DNA from: Actinomycetota bacterium
GTDB taxonomy: Bacteria; Actinomycetota; Actinomycetes; S36-B12; UBA5976
DNA length: 64,000 bases
NCBI GenBank assembly: GCA_947452755.1
Contig: CANGDT010000004.1
Span: 454 to 64,453, forward strand
Direction of reading: 5' to 3'
In this document: positions 42,136-55,923 of the stretch, in pieces
Layout: every line of letters starts with the position of its first letter
Position numbering within the stretch: the first letter of the stretch is position 1
Translations under genes and position numbers: made by a program
Notes under the pieces: generated by a model
Seen by the model: the letters and a program-made list of their open reading frames with translations, nothing else
The model's database searches: none
What the model was told of the DNA's origin: nothing

Positions 42136-43103
42136 TTTTTCTTGGCCACCTTTTTAGCGACGGCCTTCTTGGCAGGCTTTTTGATTGTCGTCTGCTCATC
42201 ATGCACCACGTGTTCGACTCCGCGGAGCGCCTGTGCGTAGATTTCGTCCGGATCTAGTCGACGCAGCTCCTCGGCGAGAAGTTCGGCAAGGGAACGTCTC
42301 GCCAGAGCCACTGTAGATTGTGCTGTCCCTGGTACGGATAGCTGTGCAACGCGACCATCCGGGCGGGCAAGCGATACGTGGCCATCTTTTGTTTCCAGAA
42401 CAACTTTGGTGATACCTGGACCCTTTGTGTGAACAATGTGAGTTGGGATGCGCAATCGTTGTTGTAACCATCCTGCAAGCAGCAGTCCACTGGGATTTCG
42501 TCCCTGAACATGCACTTGGGCTGAGTGAATTTTGCCAACCGGTTGGTCAAGGGCTGTTGCTAGTACTGCTCGCCAGCCTGTGATTCGGGTCCAGGCGAGG
42601 TCAGTATCGCCAGGTCGATAGCCAACAAGGCGTTTGCTAAGTTCTTCGCGGAACAGGGCGCTGGATGCCGTATCGGTGATTCGTCGCTGTGCGTGACGGC
42701 CAATTGGATCTTCAGCTGGAATATCGGGAGCATCGCCAGGCCACCATGCCACAACTGGGGTATCAGGTAAGAGCAATGGGATAGCAACTGAACCTGCGTG
42801 CTTGGCGAGCTCGCCATGAAGGCGACAGGTGATCAATTCACCTGGACCATCATCGCCGCCTACTTGAATCTGGGCATCAAGGTGTGCGTCGCCACGTCCG
42901 GGACGTTGGATCAAAGCAATAATGCGCATGGGGTGTTCGCGGGCTGCCTGACTGGCCGCGGCGAGCGCGTCAGCCTGGTGAAGTTCGTCAGTAAGTACGA
43001 GCAAGGTCAGAACCATGCCAACGGTTGGGCTTCCCATTGCGCGGCGTTCTTCACTGATGGCAGCTGCAACCGCATTAGCCGTGGTGTTTTCGAGTGTGAT
43101 CAT
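42132..43103 (-). CDS. opcA: Glucose-6-phosphate dehydrogenase assembly protein OpcA, with Lys/Ala-rich C-terminal tail
   Basis: Trimmed to the ATG at 43103, which forms an ATGA overlap with the zwf stop. 323 aa. The position after zwf and the overall pattern are typical of OpcA. Confidence 0.88.
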   Translation of the reverse strand: MITLENTTANAVAAAISEERRAMGSPTVGMVLTLLVLTDELHQADALAAASQAAREHPMRIIALIQRPGRGDAHLDAQIQVGGDDGPGELITCRLHGELAKHAGSVAIPLLLPDTPVVAWWPGDAPDIPAEDPIGRHAQRRITDTASSALFREELSKRLVGYRPGDTDLAWTRITGWRAVLATALDQPVGKIHSAQVHVQGRNPSGLLLAGWLQQRLRIPTHIVHTKGPGITKVVLETKDGHVSLARPDGRVAQLSVPGTAQSTVALARRSLAELLAEELRRLDPDEIYAQALRGVEHVVHDEQTTIKKPAKKAVAKKVAKKK

Positions 43104-44632
43104 GGTCGTCGCCACATTCTTGCGTCGCGTGCCAACATTTCGTAGGCCGATTGCGGACCCCACCCGCCGCTTGCATACTGCTCTGGCGAACCCTTTTTTG
43201 ACCAATGATCGAGAATTGGGTCAAGAATTTTCCATTGCAGTTCCACTTCTTCATGCCGGGGGAAAAGCGGTGGGTCACCTAGGAGCACGTCAAGGATTAA
43301 GCGCTCGTAAGCCTCAGGGCTAGCTTCGGTGAACGAGTCGCCGTAGGCGAAGTCCATGGTGACGTCTCGAACTTCCATAGATGTACCTGGGACTTTGGAA
43401 CCAAAACGAACTGTGAGCCCTTCGTCAGGTTGGATTCTAAAGACGAGTGCGTTGTTGCCAAGTTCCTGAGTCGAACTTGCGCTGAATGGAAGGTGGGGTG
43501 CGCGTTTAAGAACGACGGCAACCTCGGTGACGCGACGACCAAGGCGTTTGCCTGCTCGCAGATAGAACGGCACGCCAGCCCATCTGCGATTGTCGATGTC
43601 GACTCGAATTGCGGCAAATGTTTCAGTAATTGATTTCGGGTTAATTCCGTCTTCCTCGAGGTAACCCTTGACTTCGGCGCCGCCTTGCCAACCAGCAGCG
43701 TATTGCCCGCGAGCTGTGTGCCTAGCAATATCGCGAGGTAGTACTACCGCACTTAACACCTTTTCTTTTTCTACGCGCACCGAGTCAGCAAGAAAAGACG
43801 TTGGTTCCTCCATTGCAGTGAGCGCAAGCAACTGCAAAAGGTGGTTTTGGATGACATCGCGCGCGGCACCAATACCGTCGTAGTAGCCAGCGCGACCTGC
43901 GATACCAATGTCTTCAGCCATTGTGATCTGAACGTGGTCAACATAGTTCGCATTCCAAATGGGTTCATAGAGACTGTTGGCAAATCGAATCGCCATCATG
44001 TTTTGAACTGTTTCTTTGCCCAGGTAGTGGTCAATGCGGAACACGGAACTGCTGTCGAACACTTCAGCAACGACGGCGTTCAATTCGCGAGCACTCTTGA
44101 GGTCATGGCCAAAAGGCTTTTCGATAACAACCCTTCGCCAGGCATCCGCAGCTGGTGCAGCAAGACCTGATCGTTTCAACTGTTGAATTACCGTGGGGAA
44201 TAAGCCGGGTGGGATTGATAGGTAAAACGCGTGATTTCCTCGCGTGCCACGTGAGAGGTCAAGTTCATCAACAACGCGTTTGAGTTCATCAAAAGATTCG
44301 TCGCTGTTTAAGTCGCCTGCGACAAATCGAATTCCAGAGGCTAGTTGTTGCCATACTTCTTCACGAAACTCTGTGCGCGCATGTTCACGAACTGAATCGT
44401 GAACAATCTGGGCAAAGTCTTGGTCGGCCCAATCGCGCCGGGCAAACCCAACAAGCGAAAACCCAGGTGGCAACAATCCGCGGTTGGCCAGGTCGTAGAT
44501 TGCTGGCATCACTTTCTTTCGTGCTAAATCGCCGGTGACCCCAAAGATGACCATCCCGCATGGACCCGCAACGCGCGGAAGTCGTCGGTCGTTGGGGTCG
44601 CGCAGGGGATTAGTTCGTGGAGCAGGGCTCAC
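43100..44632 (-). CDS. zwf: Glucose-6-phosphate 1-dehydrogenase
   Basis: Trimmed to the GTG at 44632 (GTGA overlap with the tal stop). 510 aa. [19 protein letters not shown] and EKP motifs. Confidence 0.95.
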   Translation of the reverse strand: MSPAPRTNPLRDPNDRRLPRVAGPCGMVIFGVTGDLARKKVMPAIYDLANRGLLPPGFSLVGFARRDWADQDFAQIVHDSVREHARTEFREEVWQQLASGIRFVAGDLNSDESFDELKRVVDELDLSRGTRGNHAFYLSIPPGLFPTVIQQLKRSGLAAPAADAWRRVVIEKPFGHDLKSARELNAVVAEVFDSSSVFRIDHYLGKETVQNMMAIRFANSLYEPIWNANYVDHVQITMAEDIGIAGRAGYYDGIGAARDVIQNHLLQLLALTAMEEPTSFLADSVRVEKEKVLSAVVLPRDIARHTARGQYAAGWQGGAEVKGYLEEDGINPKSITETFAAIRVDIDNRRWAGVPFYLRAGKRLGRRVTEVAVVLKRAPHLPFSASSTQELGNNALVFRIQPDEGLTVRFGSKVPGTSMEVRDVTMDFAYGDSFTEASPEAYERLILDVLLGDPPLFPRHEEVELQWKILDPILDHWSKKGSPEQYASGGWGPQSAYEMLARDARMWRRP

Positions 44633-45750
44633 TTGGCGCTCGCACGTGCAGCACTGACGCTGTCGAGTAGGTGTTCCCACGCTGCGATGAATTTTTCTAC
44701 GCCATCGCGCTCGAGTTCTGCGAAAACTGCTGTGCGATCAATGCCGGCTTGGGCAAGTTGTTCCCACACTTCGTTTGCGATTGCCGAAGTGCCATCAAGT
44801 GTGTTGCCCCGTATGACGCCATGATCAGCCACGGCGTTTAACGTTGCCTCGGGCATGGTGTTGACCGTGTGTGGTGCCACTAATTCAACGACATATCGAG
44901 TGTCGTCATAGGCCTTGTCCTTGACGCCTGTTGAAGCCCATAAAGGGCGTTGAACTCGAGCGCCGTTTGCAGCGAGGTCCAGCCAACGCTGGTTGGAGAT
45001 TGTTTTTGTGAACGCATCCCAAGCGAGCTGGCCATTCGCGATGGCTGCCTTACCGCGCAGTGCTGCGGCAGCTTCCGTGCCGATGGCATCAAGTTGTGAG
45101 TCAACCAAAGTGTCCACACGAGAAATGAAGAATGAGGCCACGGACTCAATGGATGCAATGTCAACGCCGTTAACGCGTGCTTGCTCAATCCCAGCGAGCC
45201 AAGCTTCAAGGACCTGTTCATAGCGCTCGACTGAGAAGATGAGAGTCACGTTGACGCTTACGCCGTGTGCCAAAACTTCAGTGATTGCAGGCAGCCCAGC
45301 TAGTGTTGCCGGAATCTTGATTAGCAGATTGGGGCGATTGACAAGCTGCCAAAGTTCAAGTGCCTGTTGGATGGTGCCTTGAGTGTCATTGGCTAACCGA
45401 GGATCCACCTCAAGCGACACCCGGCCATCCACGCCGCCTGACGATGCGAATGTGTCGGCAAAAATGTCGCAAGCCGCGGTCACATCATGCACAGTCAGTG
45501 CGCGGATTGTGTCATCGACACTCGCACCTGATTGAGCGAGTTCTTTAAGTTGTCCCGTGTACTCGACAACTCCCGAAGTGAGAGCCTTGTCAAAGATGCT
45601 GGGATTAGTGGTCACACCGACAACGCTGTGTGTAGCAATCAACTCAACGAGATTTCCTGATTCGATGCGATGGCGATCAAGGTCGTCTAACCAGATTGAG
45701 ACTCCGGCTTTGCTCAGTGTTGCGAGCTTTTCGTTGTGTGCTGATGTCAT
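44629..45750 (-). CDS. tal: Transaldolase
   Basis: Trimmed to the ATG at 45750, 8 nt after the tkt stop. 373 aa. GVSIWLDDL and GVTTNPSIF motifs. Confidence 0.95.
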   Translation of the reverse strand: MTSAHNEKLATLSKAGVSIWLDDLDRHRIESGNLVELIATHSVVGVTTNPSIFDKALTSGVVEYTGQLKELAQSGASVDDTIRALTVHDVTAACDIFADTFASSGGVDGRVSLEVDPRLANDTQGTIQQALELWQLVNRPNLLIKIPATLAGLPAITEVLAHGVSVNVTLIFSVERYEQVLEAWLAGIEQARVNGVDIASIESVASFFISRVDTLVDSQLDAIGTEAAAALRGKAAIANGQLAWDAFTKTISNQRWLDLAANGARVQRPLWASTGVKDKAYDDTRYVVELVAPHTVNTMPEATLNAVADHGVIRGNTLDGTSAIANEVWEQLAQAGIDRTAVFAELERDGVEKFIAAWEHLLDSVSAARASAK

Positions 45751-45758
45751 AACTTGTC

Positions 45759-47825
45759 CTATTTCAAAAGATCGCGTGCTGCAGAAACTATCGCGTCCGC
45801 AGTAATTCCGAACTCGGCGTAAAGTTTCGAGGCACCAGCGGATGCGCCAAAGTGCTCGATGCTGATGCATGTGCCTTCAGTGCCAACGTACTTCCACCAG
45901 CCTTGAGCGATGCCCGCTTCGATAGAAATGCGATTTGTTGTTGTTCGGGGCAAAACGGATTCGCGGTAGTCGGCGCTCTGTGCGTCAAACCACTCGAGAC
46001 ATGGAGCTGAAACAACACGAGTTGCCGTCCCGGCCGCTTCTAGTGCTTTTTGTGCTTCGAGTGCGATAGAAACTTCTGAGCCAGTGGCGATCACAATAAT
46101 TTGCGGGGCAGCGCTCGCCTCGGAAATCACATATGCACCGCGTCCGACAAGCGCTGGATCGCGCGTTGCGGAGTTATCTATAACCGGGAGATTTTGACGC
46201 GACAATGCCAACGCGGCTGGCTTGTTGTTTTCGATGACACATTGCCAGGCGGCTGCTGTCTCGTTTGCATCCGCTGGGCGAATGACATCCAGGTTAGGAA
46301 TGGCGCGCAATGCCCAGAGGTGTTCGATTGGTTGATGTGTCGGGCCGTCTTCGCCCACGCCAATGGAGTCGTGTGTCCATACGTAGGTGACTGGCAAATT
46401 CATGAGTGCGGCAAGTCGAACAGCGCCGCGCATGAAGTCGCTGAAGACCATGAACGTTCCACCAAATGCGCGGGTTAGTCCGCCGGCTGCGATGCCATTG
46501 AGCGCAGTTCCCATAGCGAATTCACGAATACCAAAATGCAGGATGCGTCCGTGGTCACTTGCACCAGGCAGTGTGCTTGATGTCGGGAGGAACGAACCGC
46601 CGTGCTCGATGGTCGTCAGATTGCTTTCGCCAAGGTCGGCTGATCCGCCCCAAAACTCTGGAAGGACAGAGGCGATTGCATTGATTGTGTCGCCTGAAGC
46701 CTTACGGGTGGCAATTTCTTTACCAACTTCAAAAGTTGGAAGCGCATCAACCCAATTTGATGGAAGTTCTCGGGCCAGCATTCGAGTGAGAAGTGCAGAC
46801 TTTTCCGGGTTGGCTGAAGCCCATGCATCGCGGCGTACATTCCATTCCGCGTGTGCAGTGATGCCGCGATTGACGACCTTACGTGTGTGTGCCAACACTT
46901 CATTTGTCACATCAAATGATTTTCCGGGGTCGGCGCCAAGGATCACTTTTGTTGCTGCGATTTCTTCGGCCCCAAGTGCTGAACCGTGAACCTTGCCAGT
47001 GTTGCGTAGGTTCGGAGCTGGCCAGCCAATGATGTTTGTCATGCGAATGATGCTTGGTCGATCAGTAACTTGGGTGACACGTTGAAGTGCGGCATCGAGT
47101 CCGACAATATCGATACTTCCGTCCGAGTTCATGTCAACGTGATCCACGTTCCAGCCGTACGCCTTGTAGCGAGCAAGAACATCCTCAGTGAACGACACAG
47201 AAGTGTCGCCTTCAATGGAGATATGGTTGTCGTCATAGATCACAACAAGGTTGCCCAATTGTTGGTGTCCTGCCAGCGACGATGCTTCAGCGCTAACTCC
47301 TTCTTGAAGGCAACCATCGCCAGCGAGTACCCAAATTCGATGATCGAAAATACTTTCACCCGGTGCGGCTGTTGGATCTAGGAGACCGCGAACAAAGCGG
47401 GCATCCATGGCCATGCCGACCGCAGTACCGATACCAGTTCCCAATGGTCCCGTGGTTGCTTCGACTCCTGCGGTGTGCCCGAATTCGGGGTGACCAGGAG
47501 TTTTGCTGCCCCATGTCCTAAATGATTCGAGGTCAGAAAGTTCCAGGCCGTAACCCGACAAAAACAATTGAATATATTGCGTGATGCTCGAATGTCCGTT
47601 GGAAAGGACAAAACGGTCTCGACCCAGCCAGTGTGGGTCAGTGGGATCATGGCGCATCCACTTTTGGTAGAGCAAGTAAGCAGCTGGTGCCAAGCTCATT
47701 GCGGTACCGGGGTGGCCATTGCCGACCTTTTGCACGCTGTCCATAGCTAGGCAGCGAGCGGTGGTTACAGCGGCATCATCAAGTTCAGTCCAAGCGAAAT
47801 CAGTCACGGTTCTAAGCGTAACCAA
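45759..47825 (-). CDS. tkt: Transketolase
   Basis: 688 aa. [18 protein letters not shown] (TPP binding), GPTHQPIEH. The TTG start at 47825 could instead be the GTG at 47807. Confidence 0.95.
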   Translation of the reverse strand: MVTLRTVTDFAWTELDDAAVTTARCLAMDSVQKVGNGHPGTAMSLAPAAYLLYQKWMRHDPTDPHWLGRDRFVLSNGHSSITQYIQLFLSGYGLELSDLESFRTWGSKTPGHPEFGHTAGVEATTGPLGTGIGTAVGMAMDARFVRGLLDPTAAPGESIFDHRIWVLAGDGCLQEGVSAEASSLAGHQQLGNLVVIYDDNHISIEGDTSVSFTEDVLARYKAYGWNVDHVDMNSDGSIDIVGLDAALQRVTQVTDRPSIIRMTNIIGWPAPNLRNTGKVHGSALGAEEIAATKVILGADPGKSFDVTNEVLAHTRKVVNRGITAHAEWNVRRDAWASANPEKSALLTRMLARELPSNWVDALPTFEVGKEIATRKASGDTINAIASVLPEFWGGSADLGESNLTTIEHGGSFLPTSSTLPGASDHGRILHFGIREFAMGTALNGIAAGGLTRAFGGTFMVFSDFMRGAVRLAALMNLPVTYVWTHDSIGVGEDGPTHQPIEHLWALRAIPNLDVIRPADANETAAAWQCVIENNKPAALALSRQNLPVIDNSATRDPALVGRGAYVISEASAAPQIIVIATGSEVSIALEAQKALEAAGTATRVVSAPCLEWFDAQSADYRESVLPRTTTNRISIEAGIAQGWWKYVGTEGTCISIEHFGASAGASKLYAEFGITADAIVSAARDLLK

Positions 47826-47867
47826 GCACCCCGAACATCTTGCAGGCGACGCGGGTAGGCTCGTTAC

Positions 47868-48806
47868 GTGTCCACCCAGGTTTCAGCTAGTAATTCAGGT
47901 GCGCCCCAAAGCGCCCTGCCGACTCCTGTGCCTTCGTCCACATGGCGTGCCTACCTGGCGCTGACCAAGCCCCGAATCATTGAACTTCTGTTAGTTACGA
48001 CTATTCCAACAATGTTCTTGGCGGCTGGCGGCTTTCCGTCCCTGAAGCAAGTTGTTCTCACCCTCGTTGGTGGAACGTTGGCAGCCGGTGGTGCCAACGT
48101 GTTGAACTGCTACATCGACCGGGATATCGATGCACTTATGCAGCGAACTCACACACGCCCTTCGGCAACGGGACAAATTTCGGGTCCGCGAATTCTAGTT
48201 TTTGGTGCATTCCTTTCCGTGTTGTCAGTTGCCTCTTTGTGGGTAACTGTTAATGGTCTTGCTGCTGCGTTGGCTGCATTTGCAATAGCTTTTTACGTTG
48301 TCGGATACACCATGCTTCTGAAGCGACGCACCACACAAAATATTGTGTGGGGAGGTGCCGCTGGTTGTATGCCAGTGTTGATCGGGTGGTCTGCGGTTAC
48401 CGGGTCACTCAGCTGGACACCTGTTGTGTTGTTCATGATCGTGTTTTTATGGACGCCCCCTCACTATTGGCCTTTGTCGATTCGATACCAGGATGAATAT
48501 GCAGCAGCTGGTGTGCCTATGTTGCCTGTTGAAGAATCCGAGCACACAGTTGCTCGGCAAATCATTTGGTATTCGTGGGCAATGGTTGCAACATCATTGG
48601 CACTGACGCCGATTGCACATATGAGTTGGTTCTATACGACTGCAGCCGTGCTACTTGGCGCGATTTTTCTGTGGCAGGGATACGCTCTGCGCATACGAGT
48701 GACTGCTGGTGTGGCAGACATTAAGCCCATGCGACTTTTTCATTGGTCGATTACCTATTTGGCACTTGTCTTTCTGGCGCTAGGTATTGATCCCTTTATT
48801 CACTAG
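47868..48806 (+). CDS. ctaB: Protoheme IX farnesyltransferase (heme O synthase)
   Basis: GTG start, 312 aa. UbiA-type motif NCYIDRDID and TPPHYW. Confidence 0.92.
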   Translation: MSTQVSASNSGAPQSALPTPVPSSTWRAYLALTKPRIIELLLVTTIPTMFLAAGGFPSLKQVVLTLVGGTLAAGGANVLNCYIDRDIDALMQRTHTRPSATGQISGPRILVFGAFLSVLSVASLWVTVNGLAAALAAFAIAFYVVGYTMLLKRRTTQNIVWGGAAGCMPVLIGWSAVTGSLSWTPVVLFMIVFLWTPPHYWPLSIRYQDEYAAAGVPMLPVEESEHTVARQIIWYSWAMVATSLALTPIAHMSWFYTTAAVLLGAIFLWQGYALRIRVTAGVADIKPMRLFHWSITYLALVFLALGIDPFIH

Positions 48807-49770
48807 CAAGTGAACCTGGCGTGTAGGCACCTTGGGTTGAGCTCTTTGCCCACAGCGCCAAAGTAGAAATCCACAACAAGCAGGCACCGAACATGTGGAA
48901 CGCAACAACTGCCCATGGGAGTCCTGTGAAGTATTGAACGTAGCCAACAAGTCCTTGTGAGAACCCAACAATCACCACGAGCACGCCGGCTTGGCGCACT
49001 ACGCGTGGAGCGTCGGTTGCAAATAGTGCGACGACTAAGCCGCAGGTGAGTCCCATGAATAGAAGAACCATGTCTGCGTGAATCCAAGAAATAACGCGAG
49101 GATCGAAGCCGAGTCGTTTGATGTCTGCGCTATCACCAGCGTGCGGGCCAGAACCAGTGACAAGTGTTCCCAATGCGATGACTGCGAGCGCTAGGCCAAC
49201 ATGAAGATTCAGCGCCTTGCGGATGTACGGATGAACAACTGTTGTGTGCGGGCCGCCTTCCGGCTGGGTCAACTTGTAATGCAGTAAATAAGCAACAGTA
49301 ATGAGGCCGATGGAAAGCAAGAAATGAGCTGCGACTGTTAGCGGATTCAGTCCTGTTAAAACAGTGATGCCACCAAGAATTGCTTGAGCAAAAATTCCAG
49401 CCATTGAACCCACGGACAGTAGGGTGAGATCCCGACGCTTCGCCTGTCCATTTCGCACCCGCGACCTGTTGTGTGTGAAGATTGCCGCGATTGTCGCAAC
49501 AGCAACGACCACCAAAACAAATGTCAACATGCGATTGCCGAACTCAACGTATTTATGCCATGCCTGAGTCTGTGTGGATGTGGGCGTAATCGAACCGGCA
49601 ACGCATTCAGGCCACGTTGGACATCCAAGACCCGACGAAGTTAGCCGAACCAACCCGCCAGTGACAACGATGAGTGTCTGAGCTACAAGGTTTGCCAACA
49701 CAATGCGCGACTGCCACGGCTTTACTGAAATTGGTTCATTCACGTGCCCAAGCCTAGGGGGAGTCGACAA
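48796..49770 (-). CDS. ctaA: Heme A synthase (COX15/CtaA family)
   Basis: 324 aa, polytopic. [10 protein letters not shown] motif. The TTG start is uncertain. Its 3' end overlaps ctaB by 11 bp. Confidence 0.85.
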   Translation of the reverse strand: MSTPPRLGHVNEPISVKPWQSRIVLANLVAQTLIVVTGGLVRLTSSGLGCPTWPECVAGSITPTSTQTQAWHKYVEFGNRMLTFVLVVVAVATIAAIFTHNRSRVRNGQAKRRDLTLLSVGSMAGIFAQAILGGITVLTGLNPLTVAAHFLLSIGLITVAYLLHYKLTQPEGGPHTTVVHPYIRKALNLHVGLALAVIALGTLVTGSGPHAGDSADIKRLGFDPRVISWIHADMVLLFMGLTCGLVVALFATDAPRVVRQAGVLVVIVGFSQGLVGYVQYFTGLPWAVVAFHMFGACLLWISTLALWAKSSTQGAYTPGSLASE

Positions 49771-49864
49771 GCCTGGAAGCGTGGCAAAGCCTGTAATCAG
49801 TGGGTGTGACGCGCCTAATAGTTCTCAAGATGCAATTTGAGCGTATTTACGCAACAATAAGGTT

Positions 49865-50533
49865 GTGAAATTCACTGGAACAGCCGCTGCCACACTTGGC
49901 CGCATTTTGCTGACTTCCGGACCTTCAACTGCCGTTGCACTAGCCGAGCACCTGGGACTCACTGGTGCTGCTGTTCGAAAGCAACTCGATTCACTCATTG
50001 ATGCCGGACTTGTTGAAGCTAGTGAACGTGCCTCGTATGGCCCAGCTGCACTAGAAGGTAAGCGCGGGCGAGGTCGACCATCACGAGTTTTCGCTCTCAC
50101 AGCACGTGGACGCAACGAATTTGGTGAACATGCTGACAGCCTGGCCCTAGCCGCCGTCAAATTCATGGGCGCAACAAATGGCATTGAATCAGTTAAAAAG
50201 TTTGCGCAACAGATCTCTGATGAGTTCGTTGCGCGTCACCAAGACATTGCCACGCTTGAATCAACAGAAGATCGCGCACGTGCATTAATCGATGCCCTCA
50301 ATTCGGATGGTTTTGCCGCAACAGAAACCCCGGGTCTGGGCGACTCAATTCAAATTTGTCAGCACAACTGCCCAATGGGTGATGTTGCCACAGAATTTCC
50401 AGAGGTTTGTGAAGCCGAAACGCGCGCATTCTCTGAGTTAACAGGTGTTCACGTAACGCGTTTGGCAACGATTGCCAAAGGCAGCGCAATTTGCACGACC
50501 TTAGTTCCGCATTCACGAAGGGAAAGCGCATGA
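49865..50533 (+). CDS. sufR: SufR-type Fe-S cluster-sensing transcriptional regulator
   Basis: GTG start, 222 aa. N-terminal winged HTH and a C-terminal C-x3-C-x12-C cluster (CQHNC..12..C). First gene of the suf operon, with an ATGA overlap with sufB. Confidence 0.85.
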   Translation: MKFTGTAAATLGRILLTSGPSTAVALAEHLGLTGAAVRKQLDSLIDAGLVEASERASYGPAALEGKRGRGRPSRVFALTARGRNEFGEHADSLALAAVKFMGATNGIESVKKFAQQISDEFVARHQDIATLESTEDRARALIDALNSDGFAATETPGLGDSIQICQHNCPMGDVATEFPEVCEAETRAFSELTGVHVTRLATIAKGSAICTTLVPHSRRESA

Positions 50534-51939
50534 CAACCCAACAAGAGCATTTAGATGCAATCGGAAATTACGATTTCGGATGGCACGATGCAAACGATGC
50601 AGGAGCCAATGCTCGTCGAGGAATCGACGAGAGCGTTGTTCGCAACATCTCCGGGCTCAAGAATGAACCCGAGTGGATGCTTGAGCTTCGACTCAAAGGT
50701 TTGAACCTGTTTGGCAAGAAGCCGATGCCGAACTGGGGAAGTGACTTGTCGGGTATCGACTTCGACAACATTAAGTACTTCGTGCGCTCAACAGAGAAGC
50801 AGGCGAATAGCTGGGAAGATCTTCCTGACGACATTAAGAACACATACGACCGCTTGGGCATTCCAGAGGCTGAAAAGCAGCGTCTCGTTGCAGGCGTTGC
50901 CGCTCAGTACGAAAGCGAAGTTGTGTACCACAAGATTCGTGAGGATCTTGAAGAGCTCGGTGTCATTTTCGTAGATACCGATACGGGCCTACGCGAACAC
51001 GAAGAACTTTTCCGCGAGTACTTCGGAACCGTCATCCCTGTTGGCGATAACAAATTTGCCGCATTGAACACTTCTGTGTGGTCAGGTGGATCGTTCATCT
51101 ATGTACCAAAGGGTGTTCACGTAGAAATCCCACTCCAGGCATACTTCCGCATCAACACCGAGAACATGGGTCAATTCGAACGCACGTTGATCATTGTGGA
51201 TGAAGATGCATACGTTCATTACGTTGAAGGTTGCACGGCGCCTATCTATTCTTCAGATTCATTGCACTCCGCAGTCGTAGAAATTATCGTGAAGAAGGGT
51301 GCACGTTGCCGCTACACGACTATTCAGAACTGGTCGAACAACGTATACAACTTGGTCACCAAGCGCGCAGTTGCTCACGAAGGTGCAACTATGGAATGGG
51401 TTGACGGCAACATCGGGTCGAAGGTCACCATGAAGTACCCCGCAATCTGGCTTGCCGGTCCACATGCCAAGGGCGAAACCTTGTCGATTGCTTTTGCAGG
51501 CGAAGGACAGCACCAAGACGCCGGCGCAAAGATGGTTCACGCTGCGCCCTACACATCCTCGTCAATCATCAGCAAGTCTGTTGCTCGCGGCGGTGGCCGC
51601 ACTTCTTACCGCGGATTGATCCAGGTTCTGGAAGGCTGCCACGGAAGTAAGAGCACCGTTAAGTGCGACGCACTTCTTGTCGACGACATTTCCCGTTCAG
51701 ACACATACCCATATGTTGACGTGCGTGAAGATGACGTTGCGTTGGGCCACGAAGCTTCGGTTTCGAAGGTGTCCGAAGATCAACTCTTCTATTTGATGTC
51801 TCGTGGACTTGGTGAAGACGAAGCGATGGCCATGATTGTTCGTGGTTTCGTGGAGCCTATTGCGCGTGAACTTCCGATGGAATACGCACTTGAACTCAAC
51901 CGACTCATTGAACTTCAAATGGAAGGCGCGGTTGGTTAA
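50530..51939 (+). CDS. sufB: Fe-S cluster assembly protein SufB
   Basis: Trimmed to the ATG at 50530. 469 aa. Contiguous SufB sequence with no intein. Confidence 0.96.
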   Translation: MTTQQEHLDAIGNYDFGWHDANDAGANARRGIDESVVRNISGLKNEPEWMLELRLKGLNLFGKKPMPNWGSDLSGIDFDNIKYFVRSTEKQANSWEDLPDDIKNTYDRLGIPEAEKQRLVAGVAAQYESEVVYHKIREDLEELGVIFVDTDTGLREHEELFREYFGTVIPVGDNKFAALNTSVWSGGSFIYVPKGVHVEIPLQAYFRINTENMGQFERTLIIVDEDAYVHYVEGCTAPIYSSDSLHSAVVEIIVKKGARCRYTTIQNWSNNVYNLVTKRAVAHEGATMEWVDGNIGSKVTMKYPAIWLAGPHAKGETLSIAFAGEGQHQDAGAKMVHAAPYTSSSIISKSVARGGGRTSYRGLIQVLEGCHGSKSTVKCDALLVDDISRSDTYPYVDVREDDVALGHEASVSKVSEDQLFYLMSRGLGEDEAMAMIVRGFVEPIARELPMEYALELNRLIELQMEGAVG

Positions 51940-51940
51940 C

Positions 51941-53080
51941 GTGACTGCTGTTAAAGAACATGAAGTGACGTTGGTCCCTGCCACCGATCATTCCCCTCAG
52001 ATTCGTTCGCTTGAGCCAACAGACTTTCCGGTGCCGGTTGGTCGCGAAGAAGAATGGCGTTATGCGCCGCTAAAGCGCATGGCTGGTCTGCACAACGACA
52101 CCATCGGGACACTCGGGACAATTAGCGCTTTGGCTACAGCAGTTGCACCAGTTACGTTCGAAGCTCGCGCCGCAAAGACCGACAATCGCATCGGATTTAC
52201 TGACCGTGTCGCCGCTTATGCGTGGAGCCAAATTGATTCAGTTGCAAAGCTGGTAGTTCCAAACAACACCGTTGTTGCCGAAACAATTGTCGTCACTATG
52301 ACAGGCACGGGTGCAAACCTGGCCGGACAGCTCGACATTGAAATCGGACAGCACGCTGCTGCAACGATCATCATTGATCACACGGGTTCAGGTGTGTTTG
52401 CGGGAAATGTAGACATCCGTGTTGCCGATGGTGGCAATGTGACTGTGTTGTCGATGCAGGACTGGAGTGACGACGCTGTGCATGCAGGTCATCACCGTGT
52501 AACGCTTGGTCGCGACGCCACATCAAAGCATGTCAATGTAACAACTGGTGGAGATGTTGTTCGCCTGTTGCCGAGCGTTGAATACACAGGTCCTGGTGGA
52601 TCAGCAGAGTTCATTGGTTTGTATTTTGCTGGCGCAGGGCAATACGCCGAGCATCGACTATTTGTTGATCACAGCGTTGAGCATTGCCGTAGCAACGTGG
52701 TCTACAAGGGTGCACTGAACGGCGATGCCGCTCACACCGTATGGGTCGGCGATGTGCTCATCCGCGCTAATGCAGTCGGAACTGAAACATACGAAATCAA
52801 TCGCAACCTCGTACTCAGCGGTGGTGGACGTGCAGATTCTGTGCCGAACCTTGAAATTGAAACTGGTGAAATTGTGGGCGCAGGACATGCGAGCACAACA
52901 GGGCGATTCGATGATGAGCAGCTGTTCTACTTGATGTCACGTGGAATCGATGCCGATGAAGCTCGCAACCTTGTCTTGCGCGGCTTCTTTGAAGATTTGC
53001 TTAACACAATAAATGTTCCGGAAATCAATGACCGTGTTCGCGATCGAATCGAGTCACGTCTCGCTGGCGGTAACGCATGA
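51941..53080 (+). CDS. sufD: Fe-S cluster assembly protein SufD
   Basis: Trimmed to the GTG at 51941, 2 nt after the sufB stop. 379 aa. The C-terminus [13 protein letters not shown] parallels SufB. Confidence 0.9.
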   Translation: MTAVKEHEVTLVPATDHSPQIRSLEPTDFPVPVGREEEWRYAPLKRMAGLHNDTIGTLGTISALATAVAPVTFEARAAKTDNRIGFTDRVAAYAWSQIDSVAKLVVPNNTVVAETIVVTMTGTGANLAGQLDIEIGQHAAATIIIDHTGSGVFAGNVDIRVADGGNVTVLSMQDWSDDAVHAGHHRVTLGRDATSKHVNVTTGGDVVRLLPSVEYTGPGGSAEFIGLYFAGAGQYAEHRLFVDHSVEHCRSNVVYKGALNGDAAHTVWVGDVLIRANAVGTETYEINRNLVLSGGGRADSVPNLEIETGEIVGAGHASTTGRFDDEQLFYLMSRGIDADEARNLVLRGFFEDLLNTINVPEINDRVRDRIESRLAGGNA

Positions 53081-53406
53081 GCCAATCTGTAGGGCGGGTT
53101 TCAACGTTTGAAGACCGCACTCCTTACAAATTTGAAATCGATGGCACCGATGTATTGGTTGTGCATGTCGATGGAAAATTTTTTGCCGTCAATGACACCT
53201 GCACGCATGCAGAAGTGTCGCTGAGCGAAGGAACAATCGAAGGTTGTGCGGTCGAATGCTGGCTCCATGGCGCAACATTTGATTTAGCAACAGGCGAGCC
53301 TGTTGGTCCACCTGCAACAACTGCACTTGCAACTTATTCAGTAAGCCTGGGCGAAGGCTCAGATCCAGAAGTCTTAGTAAATATCAACGAAAGCGCGAGG
53401 AACTAA
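53077..53406 (+). CDS. Rieske-type [2Fe-2S] ferredoxin
   Basis: 109 aa. Rieske ligand motif CTH..(17)..CWLH. ATGA overlap with sufD. Confidence 0.85.
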   Translation: MSQSVGRVSTFEDRTPYKFEIDGTDVLVVHVDGKFFAVNDTCTHAEVSLSEGTIEGCAVECWLHGATFDLATGEPVGPPATTALATYSVSLGEGSDPEVLVNINESARN

Positions 53407-53408
53407 TC

Positions 53409-55447
<2,039 letters not shown>

Positions 55448-55449
55448 AG

Positions 55450-55914
55450 ATGAAACTTGAGCACATGTACCAAGACATCATTTTGGATCATTACAAGCAT
55501 CCACATGGCAAGGGTCTGGCAGAAGATTTCAACGCAGAAGTCCATCACGTGAATCCAACGTGTGGTGACGAAATTACCTTGCGGGTAACGATTGATCCAG
55601 ATGACCACAAGAAGTTGATTGTGTCCTACGACAATCAAGGATGCTCAATCAGTCAGGCGTCAGCTTCCATTTTATTCGACCAGCTCAATGGGAAAACTTT
55701 CGCAGAAGGCGAGGCGGCTGTTGATCACATTGTCGCCATGCTTCAGCGTGCGGTGGAACCAGACGAAGACATTTTGGGTGATGGAATCGCACTAGAAGGT
55801 GTCGCCCAGTATCCAGCGAGAGTTAAGTGCGCGTTATTGTCGTGGATGGCATGGAAAGATGCAGCCATTCAAGCGCTAGGCACTGAAAATTCAACACAGA
55901 ACGAAAGCAACTAG
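55450..55914 (+). CDS. sufU: SUF-system sulfur-transfer / scaffold protein SufU (NifU/IscU-like)
   Basis: 154 aa. NP.CGD, GC.IS.AS and KCA conserved Cys contexts. Confidence 0.9.
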   Translation: MKLEHMYQDIILDHYKHPHGKGLAEDFNAEVHHVNPTCGDEITLRVTIDPDDHKKLIVSYDNQGCSISQASASILFDQLNGKTFAEGEAAVDHIVAMLQRAVEPDEDILGDGIALEGVAQYPARVKCALLSWMAWKDAAIQALGTENSTQNESN

Positions 55915-55923
55915 GGAGCGAAC

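Noticed and set aside
49841-49852. Palindrome GCGTA-TT-TACGC just upstream of sufR, as a SufR operator
   Set aside because: The arms are only 5 bp, which is expected by chance in a 95-bp spacer. It does not match any SufR motif I can recall with confidence.
50530-51939. Intein in SufB, as in M. tuberculosis
   Set aside because: The protein is 469 aa and reads as contiguous SufB, with no insertion carrying intein splice motifs.
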